A stretch of DNA of 62,299 bases, filler included, from Nemertoderma westbladi (lineage: Eukaryota; Animalia; Xenacoelomorpha): assembly GCA_032718475.1 (NCBI GenBank). It is 3 parts of 3 records of this genome, joined end to end, with 100 filler letters (N's around TTAATTAATTAA, not from the genome) between each part and the next. Parts side by side here need not be neighbours in the genome. Positions count along the whole stretch, not along the records: positions 21,677 to 50,237 come from JAUCBJ010006022.1; 2 more parts are not named here. One strand, given 5' to 3'. The notes beneath the pieces are model-generated. The model made no database searches and was not told where the DNA came from. It was given only the letters and a program-made list of their open reading frames with translations. The translations under genes and the position numbers were made by a program. This document shows positions 23,431-34,309 of the stretch, piece by piece (the stretch's first letter is position 1; every line of letters starts with the position of its first letter).

Positions 23431-24339
23431 AAAGTGTAGTAAACTTATAATCTCAGGATTAGTAAATCCCTTCATGAAAAGCTGGGTGATAATTAAAATA
23501 AATATCCACATTCAATATTCAAAATACTGTAGCCTATATGTTTACCTATTCACATTTAGCCTACTGTAGCCTGTCACCTAATCACTGGTACTAAATACAT
23601 TTAGCACATTACTACACCTAACAACTGTCAAGCTGACAAGTATTGAAAGAAAACACAGTACCAGTACTGCATGTTGAATAGGCATGCTAGCAGGTCGCGA
23701 GGTTGTCAGAGCGTGCGTCGTAGACAAAATATCTGACAATCTGATAACAGGGCTCGCTATTGACAGACCACGAGCCGTTGACAGAATATTTGACAATCTG
23801 ACAACATGGCTCGACAGAATATTAGACAATGGCGAGCTTTTGCTGGTTTCCCCAGTTTGTCAAGAGATTCGCAAAGGTGGCATGTCTACATCTGTGCTGA
23901 AGTTCAATTGCATCTGTTAGACCTACCTCAGTGTCACTATAGAATACGGTACAACAATACTGAAAGAATACAGTTTGTTATTATATTTCATATTCGTATT
24001 TATTTCATACAACCCATGACTCATCCCATACTCAGAAAATTATATTCATATTCCGAAATATTCCATATTCAGAAATACGTGCAAGGGAATGCTGATATCT
24101 CTGTCAGATGTGAAGGGGTCTCCCATATCGAGGCAAGTCAGTCTAGTTTTGTTATAACATGCCTATTTAGTCAGCATGATGGCCCCATTGACCCAGAGCT
24201 GTGGCCGCTGTTCTCTCGTATTCGCCCGTACTATGCGCCACAGCGCCATTGTTATGCCAATGCCCATATAACCGCGAATGATAATGCCTACCAAAGTACG
24301 AATTCTCAGATGACCAACGCAAATACTCGAAATTAGAAC

Positions 24340-26435
24340 ATAATTGTAAGAAAAATATTCATCCCAGGATGGAATTCCCTGGTCAAAGAGAAATATGATG
24401 AATCTAGAAAACTTTTTAAATTATGCACACTTGTGGCTCACCCCGCCAAGGGTCCATATTTAATGATTATTTACGAACAAAAGCGAACTTTAAACGCTGC
24501 CTTTGGCATGCTAAACGCTGCCTTTGGCATGCTAAACGCTGCATTTGGCATGCTAAACGCTGCATTTGGCATGCTAAACGCTGCATTTGGCATGCTAAAC
24601 GCTGCCTTTGGCATGCTAAACGCTGCATTTGGCATGCTAAACGCTGCCTTTGGCATGCTAAACGCTGCATTTGGCATGCTAAACGCTGCCTTTGGCATGC
24701 TAAACGCTGCATTTGGCATGCTAAACGCTGCCTTTGGCATGCTAAACGCTGCCTTTGGCATGCTAAACGCTGCATTTGGCATGCTAAACGCTGCATTTGG
24801 CATGCTAAACGCTGCCTTTGGCATGCTAAACGCTGCATTTGGCATGCTAAACGCTGCATTTGGCATGCTAAACGCACCCAATCCGATTTACGTAATAGTA
24901 AAATTGCAGAAGCTCTAATTTCTGACTCGAATTGTAAGGGGGGTAACATTTTTTGGCCTGAAATACGTAAACAATCCACAGTCTCAGCAACCTTTTCGAA
25001 TAAAGTTGGGGGTGTGGTGGGTGAACTCGCCATTAGCGATATGTGGCACAAATATTTCGACGATTCCCAACATGAGATAGTTAAATCTAAATTAAGTAAA
25101 TTGTCCTTCAAAGTTGAAGACCGGGTTAGTTCGGTTGAAGTATTTGATGCTTTAAATAAACTACAACTGGGTAAAGCGGTAGGTCCCGATGGACTGAGTG
25201 CATATTATTTTATTAATGGGTGTAGTTTTCAATTGATTAATTGTATTACAAAATTATTTAATTAAATTTTTACTCACGGCTACTTCCCCAGTAAAATGAT
25301 AGAATCAATTATTATTCCACTGGTTAAAGACAGTACCGACGATGTTACATCAAAGGATATTGTGGCATTGCGATTGCTACGGTATTGAGTAAGGTATTTG
25401 AGTTTGTAGTACTTAATAGTATTGTAGATATACTTTCATCATTGATTAATCAATTCGGTTTTAAATCCAAATTAGGCACCAACTGTGTGTATATACGCTT
25501 AAAGAAATAGTAAATTACTATTTGTTACATCTCCAGTTTATGTCTCCGGTTTATGTCTGTATGCTGGACCTTAGTAAAGCTTTCGATCGTATTAACCATT
25601 ATTTACTCTTTAATAAGTTAATGGAACGTGGTGTACCCTTAGTTATAGTTCGCGTTATTTTATTTTGGTACAGAAACCAACTTATGTGTGTTAAATGGGG
25701 ATCTATTTTATCAAATAACTTCACAGTTACTAATGGCACCAAGCAAGGTGGGATCCTATCTCCCCTCTTCTTTAATATATATTGACAATTTAATTGCAGA
25801 TCTATCTAATTCTGGTGTGGGGTGTAAAATAAATAACATGCGAATTAGTCATTTGTGCTACGCTGACGATCTTTGTCCATTGGTAATTCAATTTTTGGTC
25901 TACAATTCTTACTTAATATTGCAGTAAAATTTGCCGACAGCAGTACAATGTTGTTTAATCTAAAGAAGACTAAGTGCCTTTATTACTTCCCTAAGTGCTT
26001 TCTTGGTTGTGCTTCTAATGTATACATATATGGCAAACCGATTGACATTGTTGATAAATTTATTTACTTAGGACACTTATTAAATATTAGTACCAATGAC
26101 GATTACGATATTGTTAGGCAAACTCACTCTCTTTATGCGCGTGGTAATTAATATCTAGAAAATTTGGTGGCTGCACAGATACTTTTAAAGCCAAGCAGTT
26201 TCAAGCTTTTTGCACACCTATTTATTGTAATGCGCTGTGGGCTAGCTCCAACTACTCGCAGAGTGCGTTCCATAAAATTCTAGTGGCATATAATAATTGT
26301 CTCCACATGCTCTTCATGGTTACCAAAATGACTGGTGATGAACCCTCTAGCATGTCTTTATGGTTTGGTAAATTAAATATCCCCATGTTTGTACATACGG
26401 TATAAATCGAAAATTAGTATACTAGACAGGATTTC
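24340..26435 (+). mobile_element. LINE (RTEX-like) RT region, decayed; resumes at 34077-34200
   Basis: IPGWNSLVKE, GKAVGPDGL, QFGFK, LDLSKAFDRINH, NGTKQGGILSPLFFNIY, CYADD, FCTPIYCNALW; the tail after 34089 resembles the LINE end at 50640-50727. Confidence 0.8.
24491..24875. repeat. 21-bp tandem repeat, 18 copies, in frame in the LINE ORF (KRC[L/I]WHA)
   Basis: taaacgctgc(c/a)tttggcatgc. Confidence 0.97.
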
Positions 26436-26764
26436 TACGAACGGATGAAGTGGTAGGCATTCACCAGCGGCAGCATAGTGTAAAGATGACGATGACATCA
26501 ACATGATGACATCATGATAACTACGCTAGCCTAACCATATCTAGATTAGAGATACACTTCCTCCACATCCTGAACAACCCCATTAATAACTACCTAAACG
26601 CGAGTGTTTCAAACAGACTCCCTAACACAACTAACAAGGATACTAACATACCCGATCTCGATCTAACCACCCCTACCAACCCGAGCTCAACAACCACTGA
26701 TCCCAACACTACTAACAGGACCAGATATAATCCTCGTATAACTCCCCTAAAATCTATCAAAAAC

Positions 26765-27540
26765 ACCCCTGAAACTCACAGAACTACCATAACTACCCCT
26801 GTAACTAATACAACCACCCCTGAAACTAACATAACTACCCCCAAAACTACCCTAACTACCCATGAAACTAACATAACTACTCCTGATATTAACATAACTA
26901 CCCCTGCAACTAACATAACTACCCCTAAAACTAACATAACTACCCCTGAAACTACCATAAGTACCCATGAAACTAACAACTACCCCTGAAACTAACGAAA
27001 CTAACATAACTACCCCTGAAACTAACATAACTACCCCTGGAACTTACATAACTACCCCTGGAACTAACAGAACTACCCCTGAGACTAACATAAATACCCC
27101 TGAAACTACCATAAGTACCCATGAATCTAACATAACTACCCCTGATACTAACGAAAGTAACATAAATACCCCTGAAACTACCATAAGTACCCATGAAACT
27201 AACATAACTACCCCTGATACTAACGAAACTAACATAACTACCCCTGAAACTACCATAAGTACCCACGAAACTAACATAACTACCCCTGAAACTAACGAAA
27301 CTAACATAACTACCCCTGAAACTAACATAACTACCCCTGAAACTAACAGAACTACCCCTGGAACTAACATAACTACCCCTGAAACTACCATAAGTACCCA
27401 TGAAACTAACATATGACCCCTGATACTAACGAAACTAACATAACTACCCCTGAAACTACCATAAGTACCCATGGAACTAACATAAATACCCTTGAAACTA
27501 ACAAACCTAACATAACTACCCCTGGAACTAATATAACTTC
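26765..27540 (+). repeat. Coding minisatellite of 21/30-bp units encoding TTPETNI-like Thr/Pro-rich peptide
   Basis: actacccctgaaactaacata units; reading broken by small indels near 26978, 27414 and 27540. Confidence 0.9.
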
Positions 27541-27991
27541 CCGGAACCTACCTCTTCCACCCCAGTCTGTAATAATATAACTACCTCAGTCACTTATAAA
27601 ACTAAACTAGCACCAAACACTACACCTAACCTCGTTTTCTCAGATCCAATAATAACGACCCCAATATCTAACCTTACACCTCCAGATTCCAGCATCACTA
27701 TTCCAGAAACTATCCTATCTATCTCAGATCCTAATATAACCATAACTAACGAAACTACCTCAACCTCGGATCCAAACATAACCCCCCCAGTCGATAATAC
27801 TGTAGCGTATGGCTTACCTATCGTTCGGACACTTAACTCGTTTCCTTGAGTATTACGTATTCTAGAACATATAAAACACAACAATGTTTAATAATAATAA
27901 AATAGCTCACTAGTACGTTAGTTATTTATATGTGGTATTTACATCCCCCACATTGGTGACCCGGACGTTAGATTAATTACCTAACTTAATA

Positions 27992-28858
27992 ATGAACAAT
28001 TTGCCTGATAACATTAATGAGGCGGCAGCCGGTGCATTCGACTATGGACGTTTGGCACATGAGCTCCACGCCCTTCAACTCGGAAATCTACTGGTCAATG
28101 CTGCTCCTGCCATATCAACAGTCGCTGTGAAACTCCCTTCTTTCTGGACCGCGCAACCCGAGGTTTGGTTCAAACAAGTGGAAGCTCAGTTAGATTTAAA
28201 CGGAATTACGGCAGACCTCACTAAATACAACTATGTAATCCAGGCCCTTGATAACACAGTAGCAACTGAAATTGGTGCATTCATCTTGAACCCACCAGAA
28301 GCTAACAGATATGAAGCTCTGAAAACTATACTCCTCAAAACTTATGGGCTTACAGAACAACAAAAGGGAGCCAAGTTACTAGCAATCAATGGCCTGGGTG
28401 ATCGCCACCCATCTTCTCTACTACGATACATGGCTACGTTAGTTCCTGCTGACACCTACAGGGGGTATACATTCCGTAGTCTATTCCTACAACATCTACC
28501 TGAAACAGTCCGCATAGCCCTGGCCAGAGACCCTCCTACGGACATTGAAGATCTTGCATTTGCCGCTGACTCTATCATAGAGGCCCAAGGTCCAACTCAT
28601 TATCGTGGTATAGCTGCAGTAGAAGTTGATGCCATAGGTAGACAACAGAAACGCACCCAACAGCGTCAGAGCCAAAGGAATGTACCTCCCACTCAACTAC
28701 CTCGTGTAAACCGCCGATCCACCACTCGCTGCGCCAATCACCAGCGTTATGGCACGCATACCTGGGCTTGCTGCACTATGCTACCTGGTTCCACTTGCGA
28801 CATGGCACACATCACAGTACCCAGACCTTCGGGAAACGCCACTGCCGACGCCCAGTAG
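27992..28858 (+). CDS. gag: Gypsy gag
   Basis: VAVKLPSFW..QPEVWF motif and CxxHxxxGxxxxxC (CHCC-type) knuckle typical of CsRn1; intact ORF. Confidence 0.88.
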   Translation: MNNLPDNINEAAAGAFDYGRLAHELHALQLGNLLVNAAPAISTVAVKLPSFWTAQPEVWFKQVEAQLDLNGITADLTKYNYVIQALDNTVATEIGAFILNPPEANRYEALKTILLKTYGLTEQQKGAKLLAINGLGDRHPSSLLRYMATLVPADTYRGYTFRSLFLQHLPETVRIALARDPPTDIEDLAFAADSIIEAQGPTHYRGIAAVEVDAIGRQQKRTQQRQSQRNVPPTQLPRVNRRSTTRCANHQRYGTHTWACCTMLPGSTCDMAHITVPRPSGNATADAQ

Positions 28859-28875
28859 CCGTCCAGGCCGTCGGC
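28831..28875 (+). promoter_or_regulatory. -1 ribosomal frameshift signal
   Basis: G GGA AAC in the gag frame; pol is in the -1 frame; downstream ccgacg/cgtcgg and actg/cagt pairings. Confidence 0.7.
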
Positions 28876-31800
28876 AACAAACCCAAACAGAAAGATGGCA
28901 TGAAAACTATGACAGTCTGGGACCGCAAGACCGGACGTCAGTTTCTTGTCGACTGCGGTGCCGATGAGTCCGTCATCCCAGCATCAAGACTCGATCATTC
29001 ACGTACTCAAACTACACCTCTCATTGCTGCTAATGGCTCACGCATCTCAGCATGGGGGACGACAACAATTGCACTCGAACTGGGCAACCAAACCTTCGTC
29101 CAACGTTTCAACATTGCTGATGTACAACAACCAATCCTTGGGTGCAGATTTCTTCATAGCTAATAATCTGGCCATCAATATGGCCAATCGGCGTTTAATT
29201 GACCTAGAGACATACGCTACAATACCGGCAGGATCAACATCAGTGATAGGAAATATCAATGGGCTCCATAAACCCAGAGAGGATGATGTCAACCTCGCTT
29301 CCATCCTCGATAAGTTCCCTGAACTCCTAATCCCACGTTTCCATGCCTCTGCTCCAAACTTACATGGTGTTGAACACCACCTCCCCACTAATGGCCCACC
29401 CATTTTCGCCCACGCGAGACGTCTTCATGCCGACCAGCTGGAGGTAGCCCAAGCTGAATTTAAGAAAATGGAAGACTTGGGAATCATCCGTCGCAGCAAT
29501 TCTGCTTGGGCCACACCACTACATGTTGTACCCAAACCTGATGGTGGTTGGCGCCCATGTGGCGATTACCGACGCCTCAATGCAGCCACAAAAGATGACA
29601 AATACCCGATACCACATATCGGTGACTTCAACACCAATCTGAATGGGAAAACTATATTCTCAAAGATTGACTTGGCGAAAGGCTACCATCAAATCCCTAT
29701 GACTGAAGCCAATATTTGTAAGACAGCCATTATCACCCCATTTGGCTTGTGGGAATTTCTTCGAATGCCCTTTGGTCTGAAGAATGCGGCTCAATCGTTT
29801 CAACGGCTGATGGATACCATCCTTCGAGGGATTCCATGTATATTCATATATGTAGATGACATCCTGGTAGCTAGTAGCAACCGCACTGAACATGCTTCTC
29901 ACTTGAGAGAGGTTTTCTCGGCACTGTCCCGCAACGGCATGGTCATCCAGCGCCCCAAATGTGTATTCGGTGTCAATGAGCTCACCTTCCTGGGCCATAA
30001 AGTCACTTCAACTGGCATCACCCCCCTACCTGAACGTGTTGAAGCTGTTACTAATTTCCCTGTACCCGTTGACAAACATCAGCTGCAAAGATTCTTAGGC
30101 ATGATCAATTATTACCACCGGTTTATGCCCAACCTCGCTGCCCGCCTCCACCCACTTCACAACGCAACTAAAGGGAAAGGCAGACCCATTATCTGGACTG
30201 AAGCATGTCAATCATCATTCGAGGAAGCTAAATCTGCCCTTGCCAATGCAGCTATGCTACACCATCCCAATCCTAGCTTTAAGTATTCGGTATCCGTTGA
30301 TGCCTCGGACATGGCAGTAGGTGGTTCACTAGATCAGCTCGATAACAATGTTTGGCGCCCATTGGCCTTCTTTTCTAAGAAGCTAACCAACGCTGAGAAG
30401 AAGTACTCTGCCTTCGACAGGGAACTGCTTGCTGCCTACTTAGGAATCAAACATTTCCGGAACTATATCGAAGGATGGCAATTTACATTGTTTACAGACC
30501 ATAAGCCCTTAGTTGCTGCAATGACTGGCACCGCCGATCGCACCCCCCGCCAAACTCGCCACCTTTCCTTCATTGCCGAGTTCACTACAGATGTCCAACA
30601 CATTAAGGGAACCTCCAATGTCGTAGCAGACACACTATCACGTGCCCCTGTTGAGTCCAATGAGCCCAACACCAGATCAGGTACAACAGTGTCAGCTATT
30701 CTAACTCCTACAATCGAATACGCACAGTTGGGTTCAGACCAGGCTACATCCAAAGAAATCGAAGCTTATCGCACAAACACTGCTGTCACTTCACTCAATC
30801 TCGAATACCTTGCCTATAATGGCTACTCTATCTTATGTGACACTGCCACTGGAAAGGCCAGACCAGTCATACCTGCCAATTGGACAAAACGAATATTTGA
30901 GGCTATCCATGGCCTTTCTCACACTGGTTACCGTCCCACATACCGTGCAATAGCGAAACGATTTGTTTGGCATGGGATGAAATCAGATATCCGCAACTGG
31001 TGTCGCTCCTGTCACCCGTGTCAAGTCTCTAAGGTCAGCCAACACACCCCTTAGAATCCCGCCCCCCACCGGAACGGTGCTTTGGATCTCTTCATGTAGA
31101 CCTTGTGGGGCCCCTTCCCATCTCTGAGAAAATGTGCTACCTGTTTACGATAGTAGATCGCTATACCAGGTGGCCAGAAGCTATTCCAATTCCAGACTCC
31201 ACAACTGAAACTTGCATTCGTGGCTTTCTACGCACATGGGTGGCACGGTTCGGTATCCCAGGGGACCTCACATCCGACAGAGGCCCACAGTTCACATCAC
31301 ACCTTTGGGCTGAGTTACAACGTCTCTTGGGAGTATCAGCCAACAACACTACCGCATATCACCCACAAGCCAACGGTATGGTTGAACGATTTCACCGTCA
31401 ACTAAAGGCGTCACTTAAGGCGCGCATGACAGGACCCAACTGGATGGACCACCTACCCATGGTTATGCTCGGCATCCGCACAGCCTGGAAGGAAGACGCA
31501 GACTGTTCTCTAGCTGATTTAGTATATGGGACTTCCCTACACATTCCAGGTGAATTCTTCAAGACTGATAGGAACTCAGACCTCCAACCAAGTTTCTTAA
31601 GCGGTCTACAAGATGCCATCCGCTTAGCAAAGCCTCCCCCAACTAATTACCACGGCCAACGTGCAGCATCAGTTCCAGAGAACTTAGCATCAACTGGTCT
31701 CGTTTATATACGAGTCAACAGCCACAAACACCCACTTCAGCAACCCTACACTGGCCCCCACCGCATTCTTGGGGTCAACGCCAAGCATTACACAATAGAC

Positions 31801-32076
31801 TGCAATGGTAAAGCTGTAAACGTATCTATAGACCGGTTAAAAACTGCACACACTGACATTGGTTGCGCAAACACGACAACCCAACGATTTGTTCCATCGA
31901 CAACACAACGAGCATCACCAACAACAATGCGCACTTCTACAACACAAGCGATGGGATCAACTCCTCTTTTTGACTACTCATTGGAACCAGAACCCGACCC
32001 CATGTCGTACATAACCCCCATGTGCCGAACCAGAAGTGGAAGATTAAGTAAACCTCCAACTCGTTTGATCTTGTAA
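28831..32076 (+). pseudogene. pol: Gypsy pol (PR-RT-RNase H-IN), disrupted near 29142 and 31052
   Basis: FLVDCGAD protease, YVDD RT, DASD..ELLA..TDHKPL RNase H, H-H-C-C, SDRGPQF, NGMVERFH integrase. Confidence 0.9.
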
Positions 32077-32314
32077 CTTGACTCACTGTTAATTCTCAAC
32101 TAGAACACATCAATGAACATAAACTTTCGTGCCCTCACTGGGGGGGAGTGATGTAGCGTCCACTCGATGGCTTACCTATCGTTCGGACACTTAACTCGTT
32201 TCCTTGAGTATTACGTATTCTAGAACATATAAAACACAACAATGTTTAATAATAATAAAATAGCTCACTAGTACGTTAGTTATTTATATGTGGTATTTAC
32301 ATCCCCCACAATAC

Positions 32315-33390
32315 TACCTACCCTATTCCATTCTACAAACGGTTTGTTGACGACAGCTATGGTATAGTACAACGTATATTAAGTGAACAGGACATTCATA
32401 ACATACAGAAAATCACTAACTCCTCTTGTAACGACTTATACGTATACGACCAAAACTCTGATATACAATTCACCATTGAATACTCCCACACATCACTCCC
32501 ATTCCTTGACGTCTTGACACAGATTAACAACGAAACACTCACAACTACATTATACAAAAAACCAACTAGCAATAAACTCCCGATTCACTACAATAGCTTC
32601 CATGATAAGAAATTACTACTATCTGTAATTCGTAGCGAACTCCTACGCATCCACCGCAGATGTAGCGAGTCTAACGACTATACCAAACTCAGAGACGAAT
32701 TCCTTGGCGAATGTATACTCAGGCAGTACCCCCAGAACCTCCTTAACAAACTTAGACATTGGACTCCCCAAACTAGACCTAAAGACACTAACTCGAAACC
32801 CACATTTTACCTATCCACTAACCAACAGATGAAGGGCATGTTCCAAAATACTTTACGTAGATACTCCAAAAACTACGATCTCGACATCAACATTAATGTA
32901 GTCACGAAGAACCCCACATCACTAGGACAAATACTAACCAAAAATAAAACTCAATCGCAAACACACACAAATAACACCACTAATGAGCCATGTAACTCTA
33001 GCCGCTGCCTTACATGCAAAACTATCACTAACATACAACAGACACCATGGGGTGAAAAGATAAAAGGACACTATACATGTAAGTCCCACACTGTATGTTA
33101 CTTGGCCTGGTGTCACTGCCACCCTACTCTATACTACATAGGCCAAACGAGACAGAAACGAACGCTTTAATGGACACCACAACAACATACGACACTACCC
33201 CTCACGAGCCAATGACGGAAAAACACACGAAGACATACTCCTAGATAGGCACATATACGGTTGTGGTTTAGAAAATCTACGCACCGCAACCATAAAACAA
33301 TTCACAAACATACCCGAACTACTAGCGACGGAAGCTAACCTAATCTATACATACAACCCCCCACTTAACGTAGCAAGACCAGCAATCTAA
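32315..33390 (+). pseudogene. PLE RT C-terminal half plus GIY-YIG endonuclease (frameshift near 33158)
   Basis: YPIPFYKRFVDDSYGI is open through to YYIGQTRQK; continues ERFNGHH...EANLIYTYNPPLNV-stop in a shifted frame. Confidence 0.85.
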
Positions 33391-33406
33391 ACCCAACGTT
33401 TTATAT

Positions 33407-33489
33407 AATACACCCTATATTCTATATCTTACACAACTACAGTGCAGAGGGCACTGTAGTTGTGTAAGATATAGAATATAGGGTGTATT
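33407..33489. repeat. Perfect 39-bp inverted repeat with 5-nt loop
   Basis: aatacaccctatattctatatcttacacaactacagtgc - agagg - exact reverse complement. Confidence 0.95.
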
Positions 33490-33967
33490 GTATATATATG
33501 TATAGCGAATTTCCGGGGTTTTTATGTGCTTTTCCCCTATCTTCCTTTTTGTTTTTATCTTGGTTTTTCTGTTTCTTGTGATTTCTTACTCTGTAAAAAT
33601 TCCCCGTCAACCCATCACCTTAACCAATATGTAGACAGCTATCATTATGTTGCATTCTACCTAACCATGCGCTTTATGTAGATACCTCAATCCTATGTAA
33701 CCTACCTAATCCAATTATACCATTCAGTATGTAGACACATGACCACTCCTTGGATTTCCCTATCAACTTCTCCCAACCTTATAACCCAACCTGCAACCCT
33801 ATATTTGTACTTTAGATTGACAGCTTACAACTGACTCGGTGTATTTTACCTATCGCAATTACCTTGCATTATACAGTACATACATACACGTTAACCTTTC
33901 TGGGATTCACCTTTAAAACTTATATATATATATATATAGACCTCCACCTTTTCCTGTTAGTTGCCAG

Positions 33968-34014
33968 TACATAGTCTGATGCAGACCGGTAGGTCGAAAA
34001 CGTTTACTATTGTA
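33968..34014 (+). ncRNA. Minimal type I hammerhead ribozyme (variant core)
   Basis: Stem I atagt/actat, core CTGATG(C)A, stem II gacc-ggta-ggtc, GAAA, palindromic stem III aacgtt; located in the PLE 3' pLTR region where such ribozymes are expected. Confidence 0.72.
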
Positions 34015-34309
34015 TCTTTATCTAATATAATATAACCAGCTAAAGACCCTCAATACTTTATTTTTTCTATCATCTTTAGACAGGATTTCGAATAACAATA
34101 ATTTAATTGTTCGAACTGTATATCTGTCCACCCTAACTTACGGAGCTTCACGTATTCATTGTTAGTGAATTTCGACCATTATGGTGATTCTTAAACATAT
34201 TATACATTACATACTGTAACTACTCTATTGTGCTGTCTGTATTATTAGTAATTATATTGTACTCATATATTTCACTATGGAGCACGCGCTCTGGATTAAA
34301 TATAATATA

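Larger units (their letters stand above)
27801..32310 (+). mobile_element. Ty3/Gypsy LTR retrotransposon, CsRn1 clade
   Basis: TG...CA LTRs 27801-27952 and 32152-32310 (7-nt indel), 4-bp TSD atac, PBS tggtgacccggacgt (tRNA-Trp-like), PPT ggggggagtga. Confidence 0.93.
26436..34076 (+). mobile_element. 5'-truncated Penelope-like element (Neptune-type), interrupted by a Gypsy element
   Basis: 13-bp TSD tagacaggatttc (26423-26435, 34077-34089); RT RFVDD, IQFTIE, LPFLDV, LYKKPT; Cys linker CNSSRCLTC; GIY-YIG-like VCY...YYIGQT...RFNGH; hammerhead in the 3' region. Confidence 0.85.

Noticed and set aside
24491-24875. CRISPR-like array
   Set aside because: Head-to-tail repeats with no unique spacers, no cas genes, eukaryotic LINE context. 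The same applies to 5385-5523, 51925-52555 and the satellite.
26967-27416. Host mucin gene
   Set aside because: Lies inside the PLE TSDs, has no signal peptide or splice sites, and is continuous with the PLE RT.
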